DNA of 43,053 bases, from positions 1 to 43,053 of IMG/VR virus record IMGVR_UViG_3300043220_000040. One strand, given 5' to 3'. This DNA comes from a virus. Taxonomy: Duplodnaviria; Caudoviricetes. Shown here one piece after another: positions 34,021-42,666 of this stretch. Position 1 is the stretch's first letter. The number at the start of each line of letters is the position of its first letter. The notes under the pieces were generated by a model that was not told the DNA's origin, did not search any database, and worked only from the letters and a program-made list of their open reading frames with translations. A program made the position numbers and the translations under genes.

Positions 34021-34244
34021 CCTATGCCCCCTTCCACGGCTCGGAAGCCGAAGGCTGCTTGCTCGCCGCTTATGATGCGCTCGATCTCGCCCCACTGTAT
34101 GAGCGACCACATGGCCCGAGCTAGCTCCTCTATGGCTGGTGTGAACAAGTCCACAACGGCTATAGCGAACGCCGTGACGGCATCCGCCATACTCTCTACG
34201 CCCTTCGTCATCTTCGCCACGTCGTCCCCGATCACGTCCTTCAT
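34017..34244 (-). CDS. Hypothetical protein
   Basis: RBS GGAG; coupled to the portal start. Confidence 0.6.
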   Translation of the reverse strand: MKDVIGDDVAKMTKGVESMADAVTAFAIAVVDLFTPAIEELARAMWSLIQWGEIERIISGEQAAFGFRAVEGGIG

Positions 34245-34254
34245 TCTACCACTC

Positions 34255-35757
34255 CTAGACTGGGCTGATCCCCACCGGCTCATCATACACCACCGTGCCC
34301 TCAAACGGCTCAGGCGGCGGCACGTAGTAGGCCAAGAGCAGCGCGTCGGCGTCATCAGGGCTGCGCCCCAGCCGCTTGCGGGTGTCGTCCTTCGGCTCGA
34401 TCTTCACCCGGCCGCTGGCGTCCAGCTTGTACCGCGGCGCGATGAGCTGGGCAACCGTCATGTCGTCAAGGCCGCTGAGATCCCAACCGCTCGCCTGCGA
34501 CAACTCGCGGCCAAGTTCCCACCAGAACTGATCGCGCAGCTTGGGAAAGCGCTCAGGGTTTAGGGCGCTCTGACCAACGTTGACCGCGTGAATCACCGGG
34601 CCCGCCCTACCGCCGTTAGAGGCCAGCGCCTCATGCAACATCCCCACGATGCCCCAGCCGATGCCGATGGCGTCGACCTTGACCGATGTGGCGCCCGTCT
34701 CGCGGATCGCCCCCATGATCAGGCCGACGGCCTGCTCGGGCTCCGGTGTGCGATCCCGCCAGGTGCGCCCTGCCTTCATGCCACAGCGCTCCCGCACCAC
34801 CGTCCAGTCGCCGCCGGCGCCAACGTCGACGCCGAGCTCCACCGGCACTAGCTGTTCGGGCTTATGTTCGCGCTCTTCCTGGCAGCGACGGAGCCACGAC
34901 AGCGGGATCACGCCGTCGCTCGTATCCTCCGGCACGAGGCCGCGCACCTTGGATTGCCAGAGCGGGCTACCCTCACCCCAGTCGCGCCGCGCCTCGTCAA
35001 CGTAGAACTGGCCGACCAGCAGTGAGCGCAGATCGTCAGGCACCTCTTCGTCGGTGAAGTTTGGCGACTCGAAGGCGTCAACACGGATCAGATGCCAGCC
35101 GGAATCCGGCTTGAGAATCTTCGTACAGAAGTGGCTCGCCGGGTCGTCGGGGTTGCCGATGGCGAGGATGCGACTGTCTTCGTTTGTCATCAGCGTTTGC
35201 GCCGCGTCGAAGAGGGCTTTCGGGACACCCGCTGCCTCGTCAATGATGATCAGCACGTACCGGGCATGGATGCCCTGGAAGGCATCGGGGTCATAGTCTG
35301 ACGGTTTACGCCCGAAGGCGACGAGCTCTTCGTTGCGGCCTACCTGCATCCACCACTCGGTTTGGTTGAGGCGGCCCGGCAACCTGCCCCGGCTGTGGGC
35401 CCGCCCGATCTCACGCCACAGAATAGCCTTGACCTGCGCCCCTGTCCGAGCCGTCGTCACCACGAAGGCACCGCCGGGCTCATGCTCACCGATCCACCAA
35501 GCCACCAATTGAGCAGCGATCCACGACTTGCCGATCCCATGGCAGGACTGGACGGCAACCCGCCGGTGAACCGGGATTGCCCTAGCGATCTCTTCCTGCT
35601 TCGTCCACAGGAACTCGCCTAAGCGGTCCTGGATGAAGCCCACCGGGTCGTCGGGATAGTGCTCCCTGGGTGGTGCCTGGGCGCGCACCTTCGCCGCTGT
35701 GCGAACACCCTGCCATATCTTCTCCTGAGCGGCAGGCGGGGCTAAGATGCGGGGCAC
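34255..35757 (-). CDS. terL: Terminase large subunit
   Basis: Walker A SCHGIGKS, Walker B IIIDEAAG, GNP, nuclease GVDVG and SPDDADALLL; GTG start after AAGGAGG. Confidence 0.95.
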   Translation of the reverse strand: MPRILAPPAAQEKIWQGVRTAAKVRAQAPPREHYPDDPVGFIQDRLGEFLWTKQEEIARAIPVHRRVAVQSCHGIGKSWIAAQLVAWWIGEHEPGGAFVVTTARTGAQVKAILWREIGRAHSRGRLPGRLNQTEWWMQVGRNEELVAFGRKPSDYDPDAFQGIHARYVLIIIDEAAGVPKALFDAAQTLMTNEDSRILAIGNPDDPASHFCTKILKPDSGWHLIRVDAFESPNFTDEEVPDDLRSLLVGQFYVDEARRDWGEGSPLWQSKVRGLVPEDTSDGVIPLSWLRRCQEEREHKPEQLVPVELGVDVGAGGDWTVVRERCGMKAGRTWRDRTPEPEQAVGLIMGAIRETGATSVKVDAIGIGWGIVGMLHEALASNGGRAGPVIHAVNVGQSALNPERFPKLRDQFWWELGRELSQASGWDLSGLDDMTVAQLIAPRYKLDASGRVKIEPKDDTRKRLGRSPDDADALLLAYYVPPPEPFEGTVVYDEPVGISPV

Positions 35758-36917
35758 CGCTCGGCCTCCTTGCCGGTAAATTGCTCCCACCGTTTCACCG
35801 CCACGTCGACATAGCGCGGTTCGATCTCCATGCCGTAGCAGCGGCGGCCCAGCTTCTCACATGCGATCAGCGTCGTGCCCGAGCCAAGGAAGGGATCGAA
35901 GACTTCCGGCGCGTCGTGGTTGCGAATCGGACGCGCCATGCACTCAAGCGGCTTCTGGGTGGGGTGCAACTCATTGACGCTCGGCTGAGGAATGTCCCAC
36001 ACCGTCGGTTCATTCGTTGGGCCAGCGTATCGAGACGCACACCCCTTGCGAACGCTGTAGAGGCATGGCTCATGCCGCTGCTTGTAATCCGCCGCCGCCG
36101 CACCGTAGTGAGCGTTAACCTTGTTCCACACGATCATGGAACGCGGAACGAACCCTGCGGCTAGGGCAGCCTCATACACGGGGCCACCCTGGCGGCCTGC
36201 GAACCATGAATAGACAACCTCACCCGCGAACAGGGCCAGCATTGGGCCATAGAGCTGCGTGGCATCATCACCCCGCAATCGTTCACGCTGCTCACTATTG
36301 GACGCGCCCCCTTGATAGCCCACCCCGTAGGGCGGATCGGTGACACACAGCCTCGGCGTCGCCCCATCTAGCAGCCGACCTACATCCTCGGCCTTCGTCG
36401 CATCGCCGCACACCAGGCGGTGCCCGCCCAGCAGCCACAGGTCGCCGAGCTTGGTGATAGGCTCCGGCGCCTCCGGCACGGCGTCGTCGTCGGTGAGGCC
36501 CTCGGTAGGTGGCAGCGGGTGTTGCTCAGCGAGGCCCTTGAGCAGCGCCGCCACCGCCTCGCTCTCGGTCTGTACTGATGCCAGTAGTTCGCCCAGCAAG
36601 TCGGCGTCCGCTCCAGCCATCCCCGCCAGCGGGTCGAGCGTCGCCAACAGCTTGTCCGCCTCGGCCTCATCTACGTCCAGGACCAGCACCGGCACTTCGG
36701 CGTCCGGCGTCATCTCGGCCCGTAGGTGCCCGTCGACCAGCATCAGGCCGCTAGGCGTCTCCCGGACTAGCAGCGCATCAGCATAACCGATCTCGGCCAA
36801 GAGCCCACGTAGGGCGTCAGCCTGGGCCGATGGATGGGTGCGCCAGTTCTTAGGGTTGGGGATAAGATCGCCAGCGCGGACACGCCGCAATTCCTTGATG
36901 CGATCCCGCACCTTCAT
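35742..36917 (-). CDS. ParB-like domain fused to an N6A/N4C DNA methyltransferase
   Basis: PNPKNWRTH...VDGHLR (ParB); TDPPYG, HPTQKP, DPFLGSGTT, EIEPRY. Confidence 0.92.
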   Translation of the reverse strand: MKVRDRIKELRRVRAGDLIPNPKNWRTHPSAQADALRGLLAEIGYADALLVRETPSGLMLVDGHLRAEMTPDAEVPVLVLDVDEAEADKLLATLDPLAGMAGADADLLGELLASVQTESEAVAALLKGLAEQHPLPPTEGLTDDDAVPEAPEPITKLGDLWLLGGHRLVCGDATKAEDVGRLLDGATPRLCVTDPPYGVGYQGGASNSEQRERLRGDDATQLYGPMLALFAGEVVYSWFAGRQGGPVYEAALAAGFVPRSMIVWNKVNAHYGAAAADYKQRHEPCLYSVRKGCASRYAGPTNEPTVWDIPQPSVNELHPTQKPLECMARPIRNHDAPEVFDPFLGSGTTLIACEKLGRRCYGMEIEPRYVDVAVKRWEQFTGKEAERCPAS

Positions 36918-37333
36918 ACTCCCGCCGCCTTCACAATCGCATCGGCGTCTTTGACGGCCTGCGCTGGGTCCAGACCCTCACGCTCGGCCATCTCACGTAT
37001 CCAGCCCGAGATGTCGATGCGCTGCGGTGCGTCTAGGCCCAGGAGCTTAGCGCGGCGATCCATGATGGACAGCACGAGCCGAGTCGCCTCTCCATCGCCT
37101 TTAGTGGCCTTCTCCCAGTGCGCCAGAAGCAGCCGATCCAGCCGGCCGAGTTCCACCTCGCGCACCTTCTCGGCAGGCTCAGAGGCGTACTGGTGCAGCA
37201 TACCCGTCACATCCCGATACGCCTGGACATGGGAGACCTTCAGCGTAACGCCGATCTGCCGGTAGCTAGCACCCGCCAGCCGCAGGTCGAGAGCCTTGAG
37301 CGCCCTTGCCTCAGACTTCCCGGTACTTTTCAT
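36914..37333 (-). CDS. terS: Terminase small subunit (HTH)
   Basis: AL.LR.AGASY.QI, EL.RLD.L, L.IMDRRAKLLGLDAP. Confidence 0.85.
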   Translation of the reverse strand: MKSTGKSEARALKALDLRLAGASYRQIGVTLKVSHVQAYRDVTGMLHQYASEPAEKVREVELGRLDRLLLAHWEKATKGDGEATRLVLSIMDRRAKLLGLDAPQRIDISGWIREMAEREGLDPAQAVKDADAIVKAAGV

Positions 37334-37342
37334 TGTTACTCA

Positions 37343-37387
37343 CCCTTACAACGCGCCGGCTGGTTCTGTCAAGCGGGCCGAATGGCC
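37343..37387 (-). promoter_or_regulatory. Putative late promoter with GGCC-N4-GGCC box
   Basis: TTGACA (37367-37372), weak -10 (TAAGGG); GGCCATTCGGCC at 37376-37387 is 3 bp upstream of the -35. Confidence 0.55.
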
Positions 37388-38073
37388 CTTCTAATGCCAG
37401 CGATCTCCTGTACGGCCCAGCGAAGATAGCCGCTGGGCGACTTCACCTCCGGCTTCCATGCCCACTGCCGTTCACGGCCGACGTGGAAGTAGCGCCGCAT
37501 TCCCTGGAGGGCGTCTACAACCGTAGGACCCCCGTACTCCTTCACCAGCCCTGCGGCGCCTACGTAGTCCATGTGGGCCTCGATCCAGCGGGTAAGCGCT
37601 CGGTCACTCAAACGAGAACAATTCCCAGAGGGAGAGGGGGGCGTCATCGCCGCCGCGTCGCGCGCAGCGTCGCGTGGGGTAGTAGATGACGTTGGTGGTG
37701 AGATCTCCTCTGTGATCTGTTCTCTGATCTCTGTATCTGTATCTGGGGGCGTTACAGCAACGTTTCTGAAACGTTTCACCCTGGCCGTCACATCATCCGA
37801 TTTGTATTGGCGACCGCCCCAATTATGGGCCTGTAGGCCCAACGAAGTGACATCAAAAAGCCCGCGTCGTGTCAGCGTTCTGACAACGTTCTGACAACGA
37901 TCTGTCCGCAAGTGGAGTGCAAATGCGCATGTTCTGACATCGGGAAGCGTTCCACGGGGGTCATTCTCATTGGCTAGGCAGAGAAGGTTGACCCAATATC
38001 TAAACATCTCAGGCCGTAGCTTTTGCACCTTGGGATCCCGCATAGCCTCTGAGTAGAAGCGGAACCACTTCAT
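37369..38073 (-). CDS. Replication initiator (replisome organizer-like)
   Basis: MKWFRFY.E...DPK...W..LLCLA, HNW...QY.SD....RV.RFR, DTDTE linker, SP.GY helix. Confidence 0.85.
   Translation of the reverse strand: MKWFRFYSEAMRDPKVQKLRPEMFRYWVNLLCLANENDPRGTLPDVRTCAFALHLRTDRCQNVVRTLTRRGLFDVTSLGLQAHNWGGRQYKSDDVTARVKRFRNVAVTPPDTDTEIREQITEEISPPTSSTTPRDAARDAAAMTPPSPSGNCSRLSDRALTRWIEAHMDYVGAAGLVKEYGGPTVVDALQGMRRYFHVGRERQWAWKPEVKSPSGYLRWAVQEIAGIRRAIRPA
37870..37939. repeat. GTTCTGACA iteron-like repeats within the initiator gene (putative origin)
   Basis: Copies at 37877, 37888 and 37931, plus an inverted TGTCAG at 37870. Confidence 0.45.
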
Positions 38074-38145
38074 CGCTCTGCCTCCCGGCGTCCTATCCCT
38101 CCCCGCGCACTGGAGCACGGGTACTTATGGCGGCTGCCCCGCCCG

Positions 38146-38445
38146 CTAGTCGTGCATCAGCAATTCTGGACGTAAGCTACTCGGCACGACATGAACATGC
38201 CCATCACCTACGTCTTCGCAGACATCGAACCAGGGTGGATCACCAGGAAAGCACATATCTTCGTTAGCCTGGTGCAACTCGTGCTCAGCTATCCTGGCAT
38301 CCTCCCACGCATCGTTTTTCCGTTCCCATCGCCGCCTATCTTCCCGCGTCACGCCGTCACTAAACGGGTTTCGTTTCCACCAGGCTTCTATCCGTCCCCC
38401 GATGATTTCAAGTGCCCGACGTTGTCCTCGACTCAGCCTCATCAC
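38146..38445 (-). CDS. Hypothetical protein
   Basis: GTGA-coupled to the LuxR-type gene. Confidence 0.65.
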   Translation of the reverse strand: MMRLSRGQRRALEIIGGRIEAWWKRNPFSDGVTREDRRRWERKNDAWEDARIAEHELHQANEDMCFPGDPPWFDVCEDVGDGHVHVVPSSLRPELLMHD

Positions 38446-38663
38446 GTCTCCTTCTCTAGCGCCTTCCGCGCCTCTAGGCCCAGCCTGAACGCGAGCTGGA
38501 ACGTGCTCTTGCAGTGCAGCTTCTTCTTCATGTACTGCACATGGCTGTTGATGCCACCGCTCGTTAGGCTAAGGCGCCGTCCAGCCGCTTTGTACGACAG
38601 GCCCTGCGCGAGCAGCGCCACCACCTCAAGCTGCCGGGGTGTCAGCCGCATTGGCGCATTCAT
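38442..38663 (-). CDS. Stand-alone LuxR/GerE-type HTH regulator
   Basis: LTPRQLEVVALLAQGLSYK...L.L....I.SH....KKL. Confidence 0.88.
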   Translation of the reverse strand: MNAPMRLTPRQLEVVALLAQGLSYKAAGRRLSLTSGGINSHVQYMKKKLHCKSTFQLAFRLGLEARKALEKET

Positions 38664-38740
38664 CGCAACACCTATCCGTTGCTGTTACCTCGCGGATATT
38701 GCACCGGATACACCGAGTCAGAACTAGGCCAAGAATACAG

Positions 38741-38757
38741 AGGCGGAACCACCGCCT
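38741..38757 (-). terminator. Possible weak intrinsic terminator
   Basis: AGGCGG-5 nt-CCGCCT stem followed by CTGTATTCTT in an intergenic gap. Confidence 0.3.
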
Positions 38758-38789
38758 AAGCATTCCATAGCGCTGCCGGCGCGTCAGGT

Positions 38790-39014
38790 TCATAGCCCAG
38801 CCATCCTTCGGCCAGCATCAGCGGGCAATGTGATATTCTCAGAATAGCGAGGGAGGCCATGCCGTCGACGAAACTCTGTTGCCAACTCGAAGCATGGGTT
38901 GCATAGCCAGGGGATAGGTCGGTGGCCGCAGTTTAAGCCCACTATGGTTTTCTGTATTGCCCTCTCTTTCTTATAGCGCCGCCTCCACTGCGCCCAGGAG
39001 CCATAGGCGCTCAC
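38790..39014 (-). CDS. Hypothetical Cys-containing protein
   Basis: CGH....LCNPC; GTGA coupling. Confidence 0.6.
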   Translation of the reverse strand: MSAYGSWAQWRRRYKKERAIQKTIVGLNCGHRPIPWLCNPCFELATEFRRRHGLPRYSENITLPADAGRRMAGL

Positions 39015-39340
39015 CGCACGGCCCTCCTCAGCGTGTCAGCAATCGTTTCCATGTCCTGGGGCCGGACAACACTGGCGTACACGAACCGAACCATGTTGAG
39101 CCGGTCGATGTACGCTTCTTGCGCCGGCTTCACGACGCCCGTGTCCGTCTTCAGCTCCCAGCGCAGCATAGTGCCTGAGCGAAGCAACTCCAAATCTGGA
39201 CAGCCCGGATTGGACCGCCTTGAATCATGTGTGTGGTAGACGTGCCAACCCAATGTTTCCGCCAACTCTATGACTGTCCGCATGAACTCACGCTCAGTCT
39301 GGGTTTGCCCGATCTCGCCGCGCTTGCTAGACTTAGACAT
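39011..39340 (-). CDS. VRR-NUC domain nuclease (Holliday junction resolvase-like)
   Basis: E..F...V.ELA..LGW..YHTHDSRRS.PG.PDL...ELKT..G.....Q......L...V.RP.D. Confidence 0.88.
   Translation of the reverse strand: MSKSSKRGEIGQTQTEREFMRTVIELAETLGWHVYHTHDSRRSNPGCPDLELLRSGTMLRWELKTDTGVVKPAQEAYIDRLNMVRFVYASVVRPQDMETIADTLRRAVR
39305..39333 (+). promoter_or_regulatory. Leaderless sigma70-type promoter of the HNH gene
   Basis: TTGCCC-17 bp-TAGACT with extended TGn; ATG 5 nt downstream. Confidence 0.6.
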
Positions 39341-40019
39341 GCCGTATAAAGACCCCGAAAAGCGCAAAGAGCACCAGCGCGCCTATAAAGCAGCCCACCG
39401 AGCCCGTATCCGAGAGCGGGGACGCGAGTCCTATCAGCGCAATCGTGATGCGATCCTGGCCCGGCGGGCGGATCAAAGAGGGCTGCTTACCCCCGAAGAA
39501 TGCAACGTCCTGAAAGAGCGACAGCGGGGATACTCTCAGAGATGGTACGAGAAGGGCGGCCGCGAGACGCGAGCCACCTATAAAGGCAAGAACCGAGATC
39601 GCTATCGAGCCTATGTGAAGGCATATCAGAAGAGGTACCCCGAGAGAGCTCGCGAGTCGACCTTGCGGTGGGAGGCGGCACATCCAGTTGAAACGCGTCT
39701 TCGGTGGAAGACTAGTCAACACCTTCGCCGTGCTCGCTTGCACAACGCATACACCGAGCGGGTCCACTGGAAGCGCATCGAAGAACGAACTGGCGGCAAG
39801 TGCGGACTCTGCCATAGGATTGTCCGCAAACGAGAGCGCTCCTTCGATCACATCATTCCCCTTTCCCAAGGGGGCGAGCACACAGATCGGAACTTGCAAC
39901 TTGTTCATCAGTCCTGTAATTCGCGCCGCTGCGACGGTAGGATTCCAGCACAGATGCTCCTCATTCCCTAGCTGAAACTTAGCCTCGGGCAGGTTCAGGA
40001 CGACGGCGCGGCGGGTCAT
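39333..40019 (-). CDS. Remnant VRR-NUC N-terminus reading through the antisense strand of HNH
   Basis: ATGA-coupled start; MTRRAVVLNLPEAKFQ ends exactly at the HNH stop codon; the frame stays open to just past the VRR-NUC ATG. Confidence 0.35.
   Translation of the reverse strand: MTRRAVVLNLPEAKFQLGNEEHLCWNPTVAAARITGLMNKLQVPICVLAPLGKGNDVIEGALSFADNPMAESALAASSFFDALPVDPLGVCVVQASTAKVLTSLPPKTRFNWMCRLPPQGRLASSLGVPLLICLHIGSIAISVLAFIGGSRLAAALLVPSLRVSPLSLFQDVAFFGGKQPSLIRPPGQDRITIALIGLASPLSDTGSVGCFIGALVLFALFGVFIRHV
39339..39971 (+). CDS. HNH homing-type endonuclease (only plus-strand gene)
   Basis: MPYKDPEKRKE basic helical arm; CGLC...FDHIIPLSQGGEH...NLQLVHQSCN. Confidence 0.92.
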   Translation: MPYKDPEKRKEHQRAYKAAHRARIRERGRESYQRNRDAILARRADQRGLLTPEECNVLKERQRGYSQRWYEKGGRETRATYKGKNRDRYRAYVKAYQKRYPERARESTLRWEAAHPVETRLRWKTSQHLRRARLHNAYTERVHWKRIEERTGGKCGLCHRIVRKRERSFDHIIPLSQGGEHTDRNLQLVHQSCNSRRCDGRIPAQMLLIP

Positions 40020-40369
40020 ATCATGTTTCCCCCACGGGCGAAGTCTGGCGTTACATCACCGTCAAGGCAGCACCAGAGATGCAGAACCTCTATGCCGTGT
40101 TCACCTGCAAAGTTTATGTGGCGTTCCGTGGACGGAAACACTTGAAGTGCCGTTCGGTGTTCCCCGACGCAGAGCCTTTTCAGCGCCGCCAAGTCATCAT
40201 AGCTTGGCATCTTGTGATCCCGTCGGCTCACGGATGCGTGAAGCCACTCACGACCATCTTGCTCCCTACACGTGCTGACAATAAAGTGCAGGTCCTTGAA
40301 GCGACCAGTATACCCATCAGCCACTACCTCAATGTCTCTGAGCGCTGGGTGAATCAGATCGGCCATCAC
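40016..40369 (-). CDS. Conserved phage protein (W.H.SVS...LHLW family)
   Basis: WLHASVSR....PSY.DL..LK...A.QV.P....N...LHLW. Confidence 0.75.
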   Translation of the reverse strand: MMADLIHPALRDIEVVADGYTGRFKDLHFIVSTCREQDGREWLHASVSRRDHKMPSYDDLAALKRLCVGEHRTALQVFPSTERHINFAGEHGIEVLHLWCCLDGDVTPDFARGGNMI

Positions 40370-40617
40370 GTATTCCTCCTACACCAGCAGTTCTCAGCAC
40401 AGACCCTCACGTGCCGCACCCGTGGGGTGCGGGGCTTGCGCGGCCGGCACTTCTTCCCGCAGACGGAGCAACCATGCTTGTGCGTCCGGCGATACGCGGC
40501 TCTGCAGGATGGCCCGCAGAACCGCTGCCAACTGGTGTTGGGGATGTAGGCCTCACCGCACTGATGGCAGATGCTAGCTTGCGCGACACGCACCGGCGGG
40601 GCCTTCCCGCTAGCCAT
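40366..40617 (-). CDS. Cys-rich Zn-finger protein
   Basis: CHQCG..Y.P....QRFCGPSCR, CSVCG. Confidence 0.7.
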   Translation of the reverse strand: MASGKAPPVRVAQASICHQCGEAYIPNTSWQRFCGPSCRAAYRRTHKHGCSVCGKKCRPRKPRTPRVRHVRVCAENCWCRRNT

Positions 40618-41638
40618 CCCCGCTCACTCCCAGGGCAGCCGGCATGTCCTTCGCAATATCCAACATAGGGATGCCAGATGGCTGACCCGGCCTGTTAGCG
40701 GCTATCTGCTTGAAATAGAAGGGCACCCTCGCGGCCGTGCACTGATCAGCGATGTCCTTTGCCCAGGCCAGCTCCATCGGTCTGTAGCCTGGGCCCGACT
40801 CGCCGCCCACAACGAGCCATGAGAGACGAGGGGCATCCTTTGGGCGGATCGCAACATGCTGGGCCGTCGAATACCTCTTGCCCCCTAAGGCATCAATCCA
40901 CGATTCGTCTGTATCGGCGATCTTCGTCAAATCCACCGGCCCCAGCATCGGTTCTATCGACACCCAGTGCTTGCCGGGCGTGTCCAGCAGAAGCGGGATG
41001 CGTTGGTCGGCCCAGTGCTGGTTCTCTACCGAGACGCCGAGGTAGACGTTGGGGAGCGGCCACACCTCCGTTGGTGATGGCGCTGGTGCCCCGTCCAGGA
41101 ACACGTTGGACGTCTCATGCGCCCAGGCCCAGACGTAGGCGTCGGGGTTGGTCGACATCTCAGTGAGGTACTGGTGCATCCGTTCCGCTCGCTTGGTCAA
41201 CAGAAGGAAGCGGTGCCCCGGTGCCATTGACATCGCTGCGAACACCCACGAAATGAACTCGTCCGACACTTGTTCATGGAACAGGTCGCTCTGCGGGCAC
41301 ACGAACACGGTGCGCGGCTTGCGCCAGTGCAGCGGCTCGTCTAGCCGGCCAGGAATGAGCTGCACGTTGCTGAAGGGCAGATCGTATTGCCGCGGCAACG
41401 GCAGATCGAACCGGTTGTCAAGGCTCTGCGCCCGTGCATTCTGCGGTGGCGTACCGTCAAGCAGCGTCCCCTTCTTGAAGGCCTCACCTGTCCCTGCCAG
41501 CGCTGCCTTCACGTTGGCCTTATATCGCCGGTTGTGAAGGGTTCGTGCCCAGCACTTGTCGCAGCCCTCGCTAACGGGGGTGCACCCGACGTAGGGATTC
41601 CACACCTCGTCTGCGTAGGGGATGTTGGTGGCGCTCAC
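40610..41638 (-). CDS. Gp37/Gp68 (DUF5131) family protein
   Basis: WNP..GCT.VSEGC..C.A, SDLFHE, LLTKR, GVSVENQ, S.EP.LG, VGGESG, F.FKQ. Confidence 0.92.
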   Translation of the reverse strand: MSATNIPYADEVWNPYVGCTPVSEGCDKCWARTLHNRRYKANVKAALAGTGEAFKKGTLLDGTPPQNARAQSLDNRFDLPLPRQYDLPFSNVQLIPGRLDEPLHWRKPRTVFVCPQSDLFHEQVSDEFISWVFAAMSMAPGHRFLLLTKRAERMHQYLTEMSTNPDAYVWAWAHETSNVFLDGAPAPSPTEVWPLPNVYLGVSVENQHWADQRIPLLLDTPGKHWVSIEPMLGPVDLTKIADTDESWIDALGGKRYSTAQHVAIRPKDAPRLSWLVVGGESGPGYRPMELAWAKDIADQCTAARVPFYFKQIAANRPGQPSGIPMLDIAKDMPAALGVSGDG

Positions 41639-42198
41639 GACCCCATCTCCATGCGCTGCACCTCCGCTGGCGTGGGCAGCCCTGGCGGGGCGCCTACCTC
41701 ATCGCCCCAGGCATCCCAGTTGAACCGCAGCTTGCGGGCGAACACGTCCAGGTAGGGGCCCGGGGACATGGACTCTACCATGTCGTAGAAGGCGGCGGGC
41801 TTTTCGGAGTGGCGGCCCTGCTCGCCTGTGAAATGCGTAGGCATATCGGCACGTAGGCAGGGCAAGCGGCCCTTCACACAGAAGAGAACGTGTTCCGTTG
41901 TGTTGTGGTAGTAGTGGCCAGCGCCGATCCGCCGCTTACACCACGTCAAGATTGTCTTCTTCTCGACACGCCATGCTCGTGCTATCTGGTGCGCTTCTTC
42001 CATAAACCCGTTGGTACTCCAGAGATAGATATGGGCGTCGGTTTCGCACCAATCCCAGATGGGCAGTGCAGAGATCGCTTCCAGGCTCATGCACTCATAC
42101 GCGCTACGCCGCCCTCGGCGGCTGAAAGAAGCATCGTTGTAGGCCCACGGCGGGTCGACGACGATGGTGCGGTAGCGCCCCTCAGTCATGTTCCGCAT
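41635..42198 (-). CDS. MT-A70 family adenine methyltransferase
   Basis: YRTIVVDPPW, Y..MS...I..LP, HS.KP..FY..., L..FAR, WG.E; the start may be ATG 42189. Confidence 0.9.
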   Translation of the reverse strand: MRNMTEGRYRTIVVDPPWAYNDASFSRRGRRSAYECMSLEAISALPIWDWCETDAHIYLWSTNGFMEEAHQIARAWRVEKKTILTWCKRRIGAGHYYHNTTEHVLFCVKGRLPCLRADMPTHFTGEQGRHSEKPAAFYDMVESMSPGPYLDVFARKLRFNWDAWGDEVGAPPGLPTPAEVQRMEMGS

Positions 42199-42273
42199 CC
42201 TTGCGTTCAGTCAGCGTTCCGTCCACGCAGCGAGGGTTGCGGCAGGGCTCGTGGACGGTGCGTAGCATCTCGC

Positions 42274-42666
42274 TCATAGCAGCGCCTCCTTGGCCTCGGC
42301 CCAAGTATCGAAGCGCCGATCCGCCAGGGCGTGAAACACATTCTCCCGCGGCCCCACGATGTAGATGGGCATTCCCTCGCCTAGCGCCAGTCCATACTCC
42401 ACATGGCGGCCGCCTCGGTTTGGGCTGCTACGTGCTGGCTCCGTGAAGCACAACATCAGATCAGCGCCCTCCAGGTCGTCCCAATCCTCGGAGGCGAACC
42501 GGATGCCGATGTACTGATCGTCGCCCAGTAACGCGACCTCACTAACCTGGTGCCCACCCTTGATCCAACGCGACGTGACGGTATGCCCCATCGCTTCGAT
42601 TTCAGCCGCGTAGCGCAGCATCTCCTCGCGGCGGGAGTAGCGAGACGCTAGATACACCTTAGCCAT
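42274..42666 (-). CDS. Nucleoside 2-deoxyribosyltransferase-like protein
   Basis: KVYLAS, D..D...AD, GGRHVEYG.A, VGP.ENVFH. Confidence 0.75.
   Translation of the reverse strand: MAKVYLASRYSRREEMLRYAAEIEAMGHTVTSRWIKGGHQVSEVALLGDDQYIGIRFASEDWDDLEGADLMLCFTEPARSSPNRGGRHVEYGLALGEGMPIYIVGPRENVFHALADRRFDTWAEAKEALL

Noticed and set aside
39333-40019. Group I intron or intein carrying the HNH
   Set aside because: HNH is antisense to the host gene and fills the interval, leaving no room for a ribozyme core; no intein motifs.
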